Shown piece after piece: positions 38,756 through 54,541 of a DNA stretch of 64,000 nucleotides. Made by a program: the position numbers and the translations under genes. Source of the DNA: Octopus vulgaris (lineage: Eukaryota); the NCBI GenBank assembly GCA_951406725.2, contig OX597827.1, positions 63,302,001-63,366,000 of the forward strand, written 5' to 3'. A model generated the notes under the pieces. The model was not told where the DNA came from. It searched no databases and saw only the letters and a program-made list of their open reading frames with translations. Within the stretch, counting starts at the first letter, position 1. Each line of letters opens with the position of its first letter.

Positions 38756-41516
38756 TGTTATTATGTGAATCTTCATCCACTTCGTATGTTATTGTCGGCA
38801 CTGTAATATTCTTATCGTCGCTATTATGATGTGGTGGTATTCCGCATCTGATTATCTTTGACTATCGTCTATCGTGCTATTGCTGATTTCTCCGCAAGAC
38901 AACGACTTTGAAACGTCTACCTTGACGGTACCTCAAACTGGTATATATCACGTAACTGACACTGACTCCAACTGACGACTCGTACAACGACTCTACTACT
39001 ACTAACCTCCTACAACGACTGACTGTCTGATTTTATAGTGTCTGGTTCATACCACTTTGTAACGTGGGTAGGGGAATACCATTTTCACTACAACATATCC
39101 CCTATTAGTTTTTTTTTTTTGAGAAGCAAGTATATAATTTATTTTACTTTATTCACCCCTCCTTCCTTGTTTGAGATTTTTCCAACTAAATATTTTTTTT
39201 CTTTTTGGCGTCTATTTGTAGGAATTCAGTGTTCTTTTTCTTCCACTTGTACGCGTGGGTTCAACCACCTGTAAATGTGTTGATATCTGGAATGTGTCAT
39301 ACAGTCATTCCATAGGTTCTTCCATTTAATCTTGAGAACACTTCTTCTGGGCTTGGTAATGGACAATTGTGTTCGACTAAACAGTCATTTAAGCCAGTTG
39401 AAAAGTTCACACACACTCTTAATTTTTTTTTTGTCTTTAAACCGTCAGAGTTGCCCAGTCTTTTTCGACTTTTTCAATTATAGCTAGTCTTTCTAGTCTT
39501 TCTAGCTCTTTATTGACCTGGTCGAACACCGCAAACGGTACGTTCCGTTTGGGCTTAATAATAGGTGTTGCCTATGCTTTTACCGCGATCCTCGCTTTTT
39601 GTTTCAGTACAACAGTCTAATCCTTCCGGAAAATAAAAATATTTGGAAAAAATTTTTAAAAATTTTTTGTCACAGTTGTTCGACTTCATTCGAACTTTTA
39701 ACCGTGCCTACTACATTTTCACAGAGAACACTAATGAGGGTATTCCACATTTGAAATGGGGGAAGCACTCCGTCGGTTACGACGATGAGGGTTCCGGTTG
39801 ATCCGAATCAACGGAACAGCCTGCTCGTGAAATTAACGTGTAAGTGGCTGAGCACTCCACAGACACGTGTACCCTTAACGTAGTTCTCGGGGATATTCAG
39901 CGTGACACAGAGAGTGACAAGGCCGGCCCCTTGAAATACAGGTACAACAGAAACAGGAAGTAAGATTGAGAGAAAGTTGTGGTGAAAGAGTACAGCAGGG
40001 ATCACCACCATCCCCTGCCGGAGCCTCGTGGAGCTTTTAGGTGTTTTCGCTCAATAAACACTCACAACGCTCGGTCTGGGAATCGAAACCGCGATCCTAT
40101 GACCGCGAGTCCGCTGCCCTAACCACTGGGCCATTGCGCCTCCACAATATTTGAAATAACTGCATGCATTCTGTGCCAAATAGGTCTAATGATTTTTTTC
40201 AACACAAATGATTGTCCTTTTCGTTTCACCTCTAAAAGTTACATTGCAAATACACTCACCGATGAAATATAATTTCTTTCCTGTAACACCATATGCTACA
40301 TTATTTGATTTAAATAATTTTGGCTTACTGATTTGTCACCATGTTTCTTCATTTATGATAGTGATGTTACTACCCGTGTCTAATTGCATTTTGACACTAG
40401 TGGTTTCGATTCTCACCTTGATGGATTTTCTGTTCGTTTGTACAAACTGTTTTCTCTGATGACAAACTATTTATTTTTTCTTGTTTGGTCCAATTTTTCG
40501 TCATCTTAGTTCTGCGGTGCGATTTAATGTGACCTGTGTTCCCAAAACGAAAACACGTTGCTTTTTTGAACGGGGGTTCTTTTCTCAGGAGCCTACCACC
40601 GCATGCCATACATGGTTTATCTCCTCTTGTATATCGTGTTTTTTTATAAAACACTTTATCCGTCTTCCGACTCTTCCACTCTGGTTTTATCTGTAAACAA
40701 TCTCTGCGTTGGATTTCTTCTGGGTCGTGCCTTACTTTTAATATCATATCGCACACTTCTGACAGTTTCTGGTGAGTTGTATCCTGGGTTGTTATGAAGT
40801 TTTTTATGTGATCTTGATTGGGAAACAAAGTATGTAGTTGTCCATGTTTGTTGTATTGTCCAAATGCCCCTTTTGAACTTCGATCTTCGTTACATTATGA
40901 CTATTTTATAGCTATAAGTTATCACTATTTGTTAACTTTAACGTTGTTACTTCTAGTAATAAGCTGGTGAAATTCCGAGCAGCGTTTATATTTTTAACGC
41001 TGTGGACACAGCCGAACTGAATTGTACTGTCCCTGTTGTATATCGTGTTTTTTGTAAAATACTTTATCCGTCTTCCGACTTTTCAACTCTGGTTTTATAT
41101 GCAAACAATCTCTGCGTTGGATTTCTTCTGGGTCGTGCCTTACTTTTAATATCATATCGCACACTTCTGACACAGTTTCTGGTGAGTTGTATCCTGGTTG
41201 ATTTCCAGCTTTGCGAGAATTTTCGTTCTGACTTCTGCGTCCTTTTTAGCAGTAGGTCCCTGAACTTGAACGAGCCTAGAGTTAGTTTATCCAGTTAATA
41301 TCTCTCGTACTCTCTGTTCACTCTACCCGCATATGTGGTAAGATCTTCGTCATCGTTTTTCTCTGTATTCAAACACTTTCCAACGTGTGCTGAACAACGA
41401 TGATTTTTCACTGAACATTTTACATAAAATGTCGACTGTGTCCGTGAAATTTATGTCAGAAACTTTTTTAGGCAACATAAAGTTACAGTGTTTTTCGTGC
41501 TCTGTCGTCGCCAGTT
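38756..41516 (-). mobile_element. Gypsy-type LTR retrotransposon relic
   Basis: PBS-like TGGCGACGA near 41514; gag knuckle CFRFGNTGHIKSH; protease MQLDTGSNIT; RT-proximal PKRNVPFAV and LPSPEEVFSRL; PPT AGGGGATA followed by a TG..CA LTR at 39095-38756. Confidence 0.75.
39765..40146 (-). mobile_element. SINE family D inserted in the Gypsy relic
   Basis: Head GGAGGCGCAATGGCCCAGTGGTTAGGGC..GGTTTCGATTCCC; 3' end CGTAACCGACGGAGTGC; copies at 42532 and 63694. Confidence 0.85.
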
Positions 41517-41524
41517 ACCTCAGA

Positions 41525-41577
<53 letters not shown>

Positions 41578-42531
41578 CAATAGGCATTTTGCCTAGAGTA
41601 GAAAGCATTATTTATCGTTTTTGTGTGGGGCTAGCGGGACTGATTTTGTTTGGTATTGATTTGACTTGTGCTCTGTTAGTGTAGTTAATCAGCCATTAGT
41701 GTGAAGATTTGCAACACAATTACTTATATGGAACAAAAAGCAATAACGTTTCATTAATGAGCGAATATATTACTAAGACAAGTAGCCTGCAATATTTTCA
41801 TTTGCTGTCAGTTTCCTTTGTTGTTATTTGATCAATGTTAATGGATATATTTCTGCTTCAATGAAGTGGAGATGTCTCCTTGGTTGTCCACAGTACCTTA
41901 TTATTGATATAAGTGGTTCTGGCAAAAGAGGTTGTGCGGTGTACGAGGTGGAAAGGATTGAGAACAGTCACTTTCTTCTCCGGTCAAACCCTCATCGGCT
42001 TCTTAAGTTCCATTATTCTGTGTAATAAAATTTTTATTTATTTATTTTGTCTTATGTCACTAAGTGTTATTTCTTATTTGCTTCTATCTAGAAATCAAAG
42101 GAAATGACTACTATTCCCTTCAAACTTTGCTCTTGTGACCTGGATATCAGTGTTTTCTAACTGACCTATTTTCCATTACATTTCAGACATTACAGATTCC
42201 CCACGGAGTTTTTTGCTGCAGCAAAAATATCGTTATAGTCAATATTCTGCTCAATTCCACAGATTTGCTTGTCAGTTGCTTGACCATAACCACTTGACCA
42301 TATCCCTTAGTGGCTGATAATACGTGCATCTCTAATCATGAGCAAGAGTAGCGAGGGAGCATCATGACCATGTGTTGAGAGGGATTTTTGGGGGTTTGAA
42401 TAAATGTAACGAAAGCAAAGTTTGAAAGAAATATTAATAATTTTTCACACCTTCTACGGGTAAACAAATAGGAAATAACAGTTGCTACCCAACGACAAAA
42501 ATAGTGTTACACATTGTTATTATTTTTCTAT

Positions 42532-42911
42532 TGTGGAGGCGCAATGGCCCAGTTGTTAGGGCAGTGAACTCGCGGTCATAGGATCACGGTTTCGATTCCC
42601 ACACCGGGCGTTGTGAGTGTTTATTGGGCGAAAACGCCTAAAGCTCCACGTGGCTCCGGCAGTGTGTGGTGGCGAACCCTGTTGAATTTTTCCACCACGA
42701 CTTTCACTCACTATTTCTTCCTGTTTCTGTTGTACCTGTATTTCAAAGGGCCAGCCTTATCACAGTCTGTGTTATGCTGAATCTCCTCGAGAACTACGTT
42801 AAGGGTACACGTGTCTGTGGAGTGCTCAGCCACTTGCATTTAATTTCACGAGCAGGCTGTTCCATTGATCGGATCAATTTGAACCCTCATCGTCGTAACC
42901 GACGAAGTGCC
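42532..42911 (+). mobile_element. SINE family D
   Basis: Collinear with 39765-40146. Confidence 0.85.
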
Positions 42912-43046
42912 ACGACGACGATTTTTCTATTATGATACCTGTATAACTGGTCCACCCATTCTCTTTTTCTCGGTATCAGTTTTATTAGGAATTATCACCC
43001 TTTTTAGACATGTTGCCTGTACAATAGATTAAAAAGTTGTACTATA

Positions 43047-43211
43047 GGTGCAGGAGTGGCTGTGTGGTAAGTAGCTTGTTTACCGACCACATGGTTCCGG
43101 GTTCAGTCCCACTGCGTGGCACCTTGGGCAAGTGTCTTCTACTATAGCCTTGGGCCGACCAAAGCCTTGTGAGTGGATTTGGTAGACGGAAACTGAAAGA
43201 AGCCCGTGGTA

Positions 43212-43275
<64 letters not shown>

Positions 43276-43496
43276 TGTGTGTGTTTGTGTGTCTGTGTTT
43301 GTCCCCCTAGCACTGCTTGACAACCGATGCTGGTGTGCTTATGTCCCCGTTACTTAGCGGTTCGGCAAAAGAGACCGATAGAATAAGTACTGGGCTTACA
43401 AAAGAATAAGTCCCGGGGTCGAGTTGCTCGATTAAAGGCGGTGCTCCAGCATGGCTGCAGTCAAATGACTGAAACAAGTAAAAGAGTAAAAGAGTA
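43047..43496 (+). mobile_element. SINE family A, full length
   Basis: Intact head and (AAAGAGT)n tail. Confidence 0.88.
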
Positions 43497-44059
43497 AGTA
43501 TTCGGGCTAAATTTCACAGTTTGCATAAGAGAAAAGCGATCAAGTGCGTTTGGCTGCCAGCATTACTTCTGTTCGAATTGATTTCGTATTCAGTGTAACG
43601 ATACACCTTAATTGGCTAATGAATGGTGTGCAAATCATTTTCACTATAAATCAATAAATAAAGAGTTATTAGCAATTAAAGTTTGAAAATTTTGGTAATT
43701 TTAGCAAATCGTTAGCCAGAGATACATTCATGCCTGTTTCCATAGTAAGAAGTAGAACATGAGAACTCCTTTGTCTGCGAGAAAGCACATGTTGGTAAAT
43801 ATATTGAAACAACTTGTATTACCTATCAGTTGAGGGTTGAGTATGTGAATTTGTATGACGCAGGAGATAAGAAAATTGTGATTTGTTCGAGAAACTGATC
43901 GAATGTATTTCGAACTTTCGTTTTTAATTAAATGGTCAACAAAATGTTTGTTTTTTTTTCGAAATATTTAATTTGTAATGTGCTATTTTGTTTTTAGATA
44001 ATTTTTTTTTTAGTTCGTGCTATCGCATTAAATGCGTATTGACTGCTTAAAACAAAGAG

Positions 44060-44415
44060 ATTAAGTCGATTACATCAACCCCAGTGCGTAATTGGTACTT
44101 AATTTATCGACCCCGAAAGGATGAAAGGCAAAGTTGACCTCAGCGGAATTTGAACTCAGAACATAAAGACAGACGAAATACCTATTTCTTTACTACCCAC
44201 AAGGGGCTAAACACAGAGAGGATAAACAAGGACAGACAAACCGAGTAAGTCGATTACATCGACCCCAGTGCTTAACTGGTACTTAATTTATCGACCCCGA
44301 AAGGATGAAAGGCAAAGTCGACCTCGGCGGAATTTGAACTCAGAACGTAATGGCAGACGTAATACCGCTAAGCATTTCGCCCTGCGTGGTAATGTTTCTG
44401 CCAGCTGGCCGCCTT
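44060..44415 (-). mobile_element. SINE family C tandem dimer
   Basis: Repeated core joined by the ..CCCACAAGGGGCTAAACACAGAG.. spacer. Confidence 0.8.
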
Positions 44416-44903
44416 TAGTGCCTTCTTTTCTTTCACCAAGTCTCTCACCATTATTCCGCAGGCTTACGGGCTGAGAAAACCACGTGATTCAAGGAAATTT
44501 GCGGTTCAGAACAAAATGCTCTCTCCTATGAATTCGTCCAGAAGATGAGTAAATTTGGCAAAACGACAAAATGATTAGGATGAATGGAACTACTCGAAAC
44601 AGGCACATGTAGATTGGTGGACAACACTTGGTGTCAAGAGTCACCTAGATTTCTGGGTTTCTTGGTTAGAGGCTATTATCCTGTATCAGAAAGTTTAGCA
44701 GCATTTCGTCCGTCTTTACGTTCTCAGTTGAAATTCGGCCGAGATCGGCTTTGCCTTTCATCCGTTCGGGGTCGATTAAATAAGTACCAGTTACGCACTG
44801 GGGTCGATCAAATCGACTAGCTCCCTCCCACCAAATTTCAGGCCTTGTGCCTATAGTAGAAAGGATTATTATTATTATCATTATTATTATTAATATTATT
44901 GTA

Positions 44904-44969
<66 letters not shown>

Positions 44970-44988
44970 TGTAGTAGTAGTAGTAGTA

Positions 44989-45336
44989 GTGAAGGCGCAT
45001 GGCTCAGTGGTTAAAGCGTCGAGCTTACGTTTGTGAGGTTGTGAGTTCGAATCCCTGACCGGGATGCGTGTTGTGTTCTTGAGGAAGGCACTTTATTTCA
45101 CGCTGCTTCAGCTTTATTTCAGTTCCTTCAGCTGTAGAAATGAGTTGCGACGTCACAGGTGCCAAGCTGTATCAGCCCCTTTGCCTTTCCTTTGGATAAC
45201 ACTGGTAGCGTGGAAGAGGGGAGGCCGGTATGCATGGGCGGCTGCTGGCCTTCCATAAACAATCTTGCCCGGACTTGTGACTAGGAGGGTAACTTTCTAA
45301 GTGCAATCCCATGGTCAGTCATGACCGAACGGGGGC
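44989..45336 (+). mobile_element. SINE family B
   Basis: GAAGGCGCATGGCTCAGTGGTTAAAGCG..GAGTTCGAATCCC head. Confidence 0.85.
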
Positions 45337-45377
45337 TCAGCAGCAGCAGTAGCAGCAGCAGCAGCAGCTGCAGCAGC

Positions 45378-45483
<106 letters not shown>

Positions 45484-46232
45484 TCATTATTATTGTTATT
45501 CGGAAAATTTTGATTTTTTACCACGTTTTACTTGATGGAAAAGAACTTTTGATGAGGGACGATGTATTTTGCCAACAAGATGTTTTCGAACATTAAAGCT
45601 TCACCTCAAAACCCCCGGGGTGAGGGTAGGGCGGAAATAAGTTTTGTATTTAGATCATTATTATATTTTAACGAACATCTATTATATCATTTGTTTACTT
45701 GTGGCGCCCTCTGAGAGCGCTGTGAGAGGTGTTACTACGTTTGCGGTAGCAATGATTAACTACAAAACAAAACAAAACAAATATTTTGAAAACCAAAATA
45801 ATGAAGATTTTTTAAAAAGATAAATAGTTAAAAAAAATAATGACAGTTGAAATTAAATAGCCAGACAGTGTGATAAACACAGACATTTACACTTTGACAA
45901 ACAGAAATTAAAAAAATAAATTAGAATATCGTAAGTTTTAACCACGAAAGCAGAACGTCTCTTGCTAACGTAGTAATGGAAACGATAGTACGTCTTTTTT
46001 GTCCGTATTACGAACGCATGGCATGGGTGATCTGCAGAAAAATAATGGAAGAGGTCTGTTACAAATGATAGTGCCTCCTTCCTCAAAGAATTTCAGTGAG
46101 TAAATAGCAAGAAGAAAGAGGACGTAACTAGGTTTCTCCAGAAGTAATGTGTCTTCGAAAGAACGGTTAGAGGAAATACTGTGTGGTACGTGGAAGGATA
46201 TGTTTTCTGTTTGTCTGTCTGACTGTCGCTTT

Positions 46233-46278
<46 letters not shown>

Positions 46279-47484
46279 AGTCAATCTGTCTCTGTCTCTC
46301 TCTTGCTGTCAATCTGTCTCTCTCTCTCTGTCTGTTTATCTCTCTCTCTCTCACACACACTCTGTATGTGTGTGTTTGTTTGTGTTCTTGTGCGTGTATA
46401 TGTATCTGTCTTCAGCACCAAATGCCCATCGCCAAAACAGTGGCGCACCAAAAATATTGCGCATTATCGTCGCATTCCGTTGATGTCTACACATCCTAAT
46501 GACTACCGAAGTTGCTTCTATTGTGTACTCAAAGAGACAAGCAACCAGACATATGATGTCGAGTAGAATGCTCTGTTATTACACAGATGGGAATAAGAGG
46601 GATACTTGAGGGATTTCTATCAATGGCAGGAGGAGAAGCAATATAGAAAAGAAAGCAGTGGACAACAATAGAGGAAGTAGCAATAAGAGCAGCCCCAGGA
46701 GCGAAACCTGTGGCTGATGCTGCTGCCTCAACACCTATTACTATTTTGACGATGGTCAAAGCGGAGGAAATCCAGTGATCCTCTATTGGACCGGTGATGA
46801 AGAGTGGAGAAATAAGAAGTCTAGAGATATCATATTATAGGACAGAGTCTTTAGTGACAGGGCGGAAATAAAGACAGTAGGAACGTGATCTGGGTGTCAA
46901 GGGGGCGGGAGCCCCCAAAAATTTGGGAACTACTGTTCTATACAATGTGAATAAATAGGCATTACATTTGACAGAGTAATCTGAATGCTAAAGGGTTCAT
47001 GTTCGCTTTCTACACATCTGGGTCACATGTGGGTTTCGTACATCAGCTGAGTCTTGTTGGACCCTTAGTAGGGGAAGAGACGAGTGAGTTCACCAGAAGG
47101 ATGGACAACTGTCAGGAAAAGCAGTAAAAGAGGAATGAACCAAGACCAAAGGTAAGATGCATAAAAAAAACATCCCGGAGATCCATATTTCTCCCAATTG
47201 CCAATAAATTTCTAATACATTTGATAAGCGGTCTGCTAGGCAAAGAGAGCAATTAGCTAATTTAGAAGAAAATAAAGTCCAAATTTTGAGAATATTTAAA
47301 TGATAGATTGCTGGTAAAAATATTAGGGGCAATCAATGTACACAAAAATTTGTGTTTTCAAGGGGATCTCGAGGGTTTCAAGGACAATTTCGGCAGCAAC
47401 AAATTGAAGAATTGGGAGCAAAGCAGAATAGCTTAGAGGTTGTGAGGTGACTTGATAACAGCGGTTTCTTATATGATGACCTAG

Positions 47485-47518
<34 letters not shown>

Positions 47519-47524
47519 TGTTTA

Positions 47525-47797
47525 TAGTGTACGATTGGACATGTTATTCGTAACTGGTAGTTTCACCGACTGTATTACAAAATGCTATTAATCACAATGA
47601 TTAATAATTATGAATTCAATGATCTTTCAGGCCAAAAGCCACGTGGAGCATTCATGAATCGCCATCATTTTATTATATAGTCAAACGTAGCATTTCGCCT
47701 GACAGATCACTAAATTCAAAACTATTAATCACTATGATTAATAGCATTTCAATGGGTGAAACTGCCAGTAGCGAATAGCATGCCCCTTCGCAGTGCA
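47525..47797. mobile_element. old foldback MITE with long imperfect TIRs of about 115 bp
   Basis: CATGTTATTCGTAACTGGTAGTTTCACC..AAATGCTATTAATCA..TCAGGC is mirrored at 47685-47797. Confidence 0.65.
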
Positions 47798-47871
47798 TAG
47801 ATACGTGTATTCACTTTGCGTCAGTATTGAGTTCTCTCCGTGTCATTTGCTTTTTTTTTTTGCTGTAACAT

Positions 47872-47965
<94 letters not shown>

Positions 47966-48660
47966 CGTGTGTGTTTAGCCCCTTGTGTGTAGTAAAGAAA
48001 TAGGTATTCCGTTCGTCTTCGCGTTCTGAGTTCAAATTCCACCGAGATCGACTTTGCTTTTCATTCTTTCGGGGTCGATCAAACTAGTACCAGTTGTATA
48101 CTGGCGTCGATGTAATCGACTTACCCACCTCCACCAAATATTTCAGGCCTTGTAGAAAGGATTATTATTATTGTTATTGTTATTGTTATTGTTATAGTGG
48201 ATGATGTTAAGGCGCCGGGCTGGCAAACTGGTTAGCGGCATTCTGAGTCCCAATTTTCCCAGGGTCGACTTAGCCTTTCATCTTTTCGTGATCGACAAAC
48301 TAAGTAACATTTGAAAGCTGGATTCGCTCTCGAAAATTCAGGATTTGTGCCTATAGTAGAAAGGATCATATACCTTTTCCCGTACGCTTAAATAATTAAT
48401 TATTTTACCAGCTAGCTACCTGGAAAAAGACTTATAATATTTACTAGTAAAGGGACAAGGTCTGAAATTTAGTGGAATAGGGCTCGTCGTTTACATCGAC
48501 CCAGTGCTTGACTGGTACTTAATTTATCGACCTCGAATAGATGAAAGGCAAAGTCGACCTCGGCGGGATTTGAACTCAGAATGTAAAGACGTACGAAATG
48601 TCGCTAATTAATTTGTCCGGCGCGTTAACGATTCTGCCAGCTCGTTGCCTCGCTTAATAA

Positions 48661-48685
48661 TGAGAAGAAGAAGAAGAAGAAGAAA

Positions 48686-48716
<31 letters not shown>

Positions 48717-48867
48717 TGGAAGAAGAAGTTGGAAGAAGAAGAAGAAGAAGAAGAAGAAGAAGAAGAAGAAGAAGAAGAAGAAGAAGAAGAAGAAGAAGAA
48801 GAAGAAGAAGAAGAAGAAGAAGAAGAAGAAGAAGAAGAAGAAGAAGAAGAAGAAGAAGAAGAAGAAG
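48661..48867. repeat. (GAA)n microsatellite
   Basis: About 200 bp of GAA. Confidence 0.95.
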
Positions 48868-49020
48868 ATCGAAAAAATCTTAGGAATGAGAACCCAGTTT
48901 CGAAATTTGCCCAAGACACCTGATGAAGGCTGTTGTCTTAACAACAAACAAGATGAGGACAAATATCCGTCAAATGTAAATAATGTATATATAATTCTTC
49001 ATCTCTTAAATATAAAACTG
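48868..49020 (+). mobile_element. HHR-tail module (copy 3) with a deletion through stem II and GAAA
   Basis: CGAAAAATCTTAGGAATGAGAACCCAG..GACACCTGATGAAGGCTG[deletion]TTGTCTTAACAAC..CTCTTAAATATAAAACTG. Confidence 0.75.
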
Positions 49021-49059
49021 AATAATAATTTCATATTTTTCCACAAGGGCAGACAAGTG

Positions 49060-49520
49060 GACTGCGGCGAGTTTTGAACTCAGAACATAAAGATGGACGA
49101 AATACCTATTTCTTTACTACCCACAAGGGGCTAAACACAGAGAGGAAAAACAAGGACAGACAAACGGATTAAGTCGATTACATCGACCCCAATGCGTAAC
49201 TGGTACTTAATTTATCGACCCCGAAAGGATGAAAGGCAAAGTCGACCTCGGCGGAATTTGAACCCAGAACGTAGAGACAGACGAAATACCTATTTCTTTA
49301 TTACCCACAAGGGGCTAAGCACAGAGGGGACAAACAAGGACAGACATAGGTATTAAGTCGATTACATCGACCCCAGTGCGTAACTGGTACTTAATTTATC
49401 GACCCCGAAAGGATGAAAGGCAAAGTCGACCTCGGCGGAATTTGAACTCAGAACGTAACGGCAGACGAAATACCGTTAAGCATTGCGCCCGACGTGCTAA
49501 CCATTCTGCCAGCTCGCCAC
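49060..49520 (-). mobile_element. SINE family C tandem trimer
   Basis: Units of about 180 bp repeated head-to-tail. Confidence 0.85.
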
Positions 49521-49731
49521 CCTGACGAAGTATATAATCAATGACGCTTATTCGGAATGATAAACTTCAACTTGTATTTATTTAGCGCTTTCATCTTGTT
49601 TCAGAGATAATAAATTATTATCCAAAATGTTGACTATCTCCTTTTTCCTAATATATAAAATCTGTACGTTGCTTCAAACAATCTATACTCACACACACAC
49701 AGACACAGACACAGACACACAAACGCATATA

Positions 49732-49973
<242 letters not shown>

Positions 49974-50260
49974 CATACAAACACACTCGCACACACATAT
50001 GTAGGAGTTAACAGGACTGAGGTGAGAGAATAGATGTTTATTCCATTCCTTTACACTATTTCATAATCTTGTTAGTTATAAGTTATATAATAGATATTAC
50101 ATCAACCTTTGCACATACATAAAATATAAACATAAATATATATATATATGTACACCCAGACATTCAATGCTTTGAACAATTTAACTAACAGACTATTCAT
50201 ACGATTCAAAACGATTCATAGTAGTTCATAACTCTCTCTTTCTCTCACACCTTGCATGCA

Positions 50261-51671
<1,411 letters not shown>

Positions 51672-51688
51672 GATATACATTCATACAT

Positions 51689-52448
51689 ACCTATTTCTTT
51701 ACTACCCACAAGGGGCTAAACACAGAGAGGACAAACAAGGACAGACAAACGGATTAAGTCGATTATATCGACCCCAGTGTGTAACCGGTACTTATTTAAT
51801 CCTCCCCGAAAGGATGAAAGGCAAAGTCGACCTCGGCGGAATTTGAACTCAGAACGTAACCGCAGACGAAATACCACTAAGCATTTTGCCCGGCGTGCTA
51901 ACGTTTCTGCCAGCTCGCCGCCTTAAAAAGGATGAAAGGCAAAGTCGACCTCGGCGGAATTTGAACTCAGAACGTAGGGGCAGACGAAATACCACTAAGT
52001 ATTTCACCAGGTGTGCTAACGTTTCTGCCAGTTCCCACCCAGCCTAATGTCTATGACCGAAGGGGAGATAACTACTCGGAAATGCCTGCATCTCACAGTC
52101 TGGACAGGTGGCACTGCGAACTGGTATCTGTGTATGAACACCATTCTGTCTACAGCAAGAAATCTTCTCTATGATAAAACACAGTGAATGAGTTGTTTAC
52201 GAGTCCAAAGGTGCCACACGCATATTTGAACTGGTAAAGGCACTCGGCCTGAAATTGGAAATTTTTAGCGGGAGGGGACTAGTCGATCGCATCGATCCCA
52301 ATGTTTCATTCGTCCTTAATTTATCGACTCCGAAAGGATGAAAGGCAAAGTCAACCTCGGCGGAATTTGAACTCAGAACGTAAAGACGGACGAAATACCG
52401 CTAACCATTTCGTCCGGCATGCTAACGACTCTGCCAGCTCGCCGCCTT
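51689..52448 (-). mobile_element. cluster of SINE family C copies
   Basis: Three core copies. Confidence 0.8.
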
Positions 52449-52547
52449 TGAACTGGTAATAACATTTCTACACTTCATTGCATAGCGCTCTCCCTCCATA
52501 AACACACACACACACACATACGCGTACATATAAATATATATTACATA

Positions 52548-52703
<156 letters not shown>

Positions 52704-52797
52704 ATCCAAACTAGAAAACACAGAAAAAAAACACACCAACGCGAGGACGTGGAACAATTAAAGTATTATTTGATGCTCAGGAAAGAAGGGAAGGAGG

Positions 52798-52832
52798 GTT
52801 TAACGTTTCGAGCGGAGCTCTTCGCCGGAAAC
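52798..52832 (-). ncRNA. minimal hammerhead-like motif in a TA-flanked repeat (about 52700-52935)
   Basis: gttt-CCGGCGA-a-gagc tcc gctc-GAAA-cg-TT-aaac; core carries two transitions relative to CTGACGA. Confidence 0.5.
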
Positions 52833-52962
52833 AAAGGAGAAGGAAAGATCCCGAGAAGGGAAGACAGAGGAAAAAAAATATTTTTGCTGGTGGTGCTCAA
52901 GAGATCACATGTTGAAAGAACAGAAGTTGAAAGGTATATATATATATATATATACATGGTGG

Positions 52963-53307
52963 ACCCCCTTCGGTCAGACACTGACCATGGGTTTGCACCT
53001 AGAGAGTTACCCTCTGAAGCACAAGTCTGGGCAAGGTTGTTTTATGGAAGACCAGCAGTCGCCCATGCATACCGGCCATGCATACCGGCCTCCCCTCTCC
53101 ACGTCACCGATGTTGTCCAAGGGAAAGGCAAAGGGGCCGATACAGCTTGGCACCTGTGACGTCGCAACTCATTTCTACAGCTGAGTGAACTGGAGCAACG
53201 TGAAATAAAGTGTCTTGCTCAAGAACACAACACGCAGCCCGGTACGGGATTCGAGCTCACAACCTCACGATCGTAAGCTCGACGCTCTAACCACTGAGCC
53301 ACGCGCC

Positions 53308-53311
<4 letters not shown>
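52963..53311 (-). mobile_element. SINE family B
   Basis: Near-identical to 14881-15219, with a short internal duplication. Confidence 0.85.
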
Positions 53312-53380
<69 letters not shown>

Positions 53381-53395
53381 GTATATATACATATA

Positions 53396-53451
<56 letters not shown>

Positions 53452-53479
53452 TATATTTATGTATATATACATATATATT

Positions 53480-53548
<69 letters not shown>

Positions 53549-53989
53549 GAGAATTCACAAATAAAAATAAAAGACAAAGACTGGTGGTGTAGACAACAAA
53601 CAGATGTATTAGTATAACGCTCAGGAAGTGAAAAAGTTTCGAGCCTACGATCTTCCCCACAAAGGAACACAGAAAGAAACAAGGAGAGAAAATGAAGACT
53701 GTGTAGCGGCTAGCGATCTATCATGGCGAATACCTATCGTTTAACAATTTTGTGGCCCCAGTTTGTAGTATGGTTTGTATTGAATGTATGTTCTCTTGCT
53801 GCAAATGGAGTATGTGCGGTATTTGTTCTGGCACTGGGTTCAAACCACGACGAGGTCAACATTGCCTTTCTTACCTCCGGGGTTGACACAATGAAATAAG
53901 TACTAGTTTAGTACCAGGGCCATTAGCATCGACTAACTTCCTCACCACAAAATTACTGGGGCTTGTAACTAAATACAAATAGGTTGGTT

Positions 53990-54541
53990 TCAATTTCTCG
54001 CACGGTGTCAACTATTTTAGAGAAGGTGATAGATTGATTACTTCGACCCCGGTGTTCAATTTAATTTAATCGACTTCGAACGAATGAAAGGTAAAGTCGG
54101 CCCCGTGGAATTTGAACTAAGAACGTGAAGACGAACGAAATGCAGCTAAGCATTTTATCCGACGTGTTAATGATTCTTTTCTACTCTAGGCACAGGGCCC
54201 GAAATAGATCGACCCCCAGTACGCAACTGGTACTTAATTTATCGACCCCGAAAGGATGAACGACAAAGTCGACCTCAGCGGAATTTGAACTCAAAACGTA
54301 AAGACAGACGAAATACCTATTTCTTTACTACCCTCAATGGGCTAAACACAGAGAGGACAAACAAGGACAGACAAACGGATTAAATCGATTACATCGACCC
54401 CAGTACGTGACTGGCACATATTTAATCGACCCCGAAAGGATGAAAAGCAAAGTTGACCTCGGCGGAATGTGAACTCAGAACGTAGCGGCAGACGAAATAC
54501 CGGCTACGCATTTAGCTAACGTTTCTGCCAGCTCGCCGCCT
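53990..54541 (-). mobile_element. SINE family C cluster
   Basis: Repeated cores. Confidence 0.75.

Noticed and set aside
39765-42911. Two oppositely oriented SINE D copies as TIRs of a composite transposon
   Set aside because: The copies are diverged from each other and one interrupts the Gypsy relic; independent insertions explain them
46529-46759. Short hydrophobic ORF as a host exon
   Set aside because: No recognisable domain or splice context; may be a decayed repeat
49060-49520. CRISPR-like repeat-spacer array
   Set aside because: The spacers are themselves repeated, the context is eukaryotic SINE multimers, and there are no cas genes
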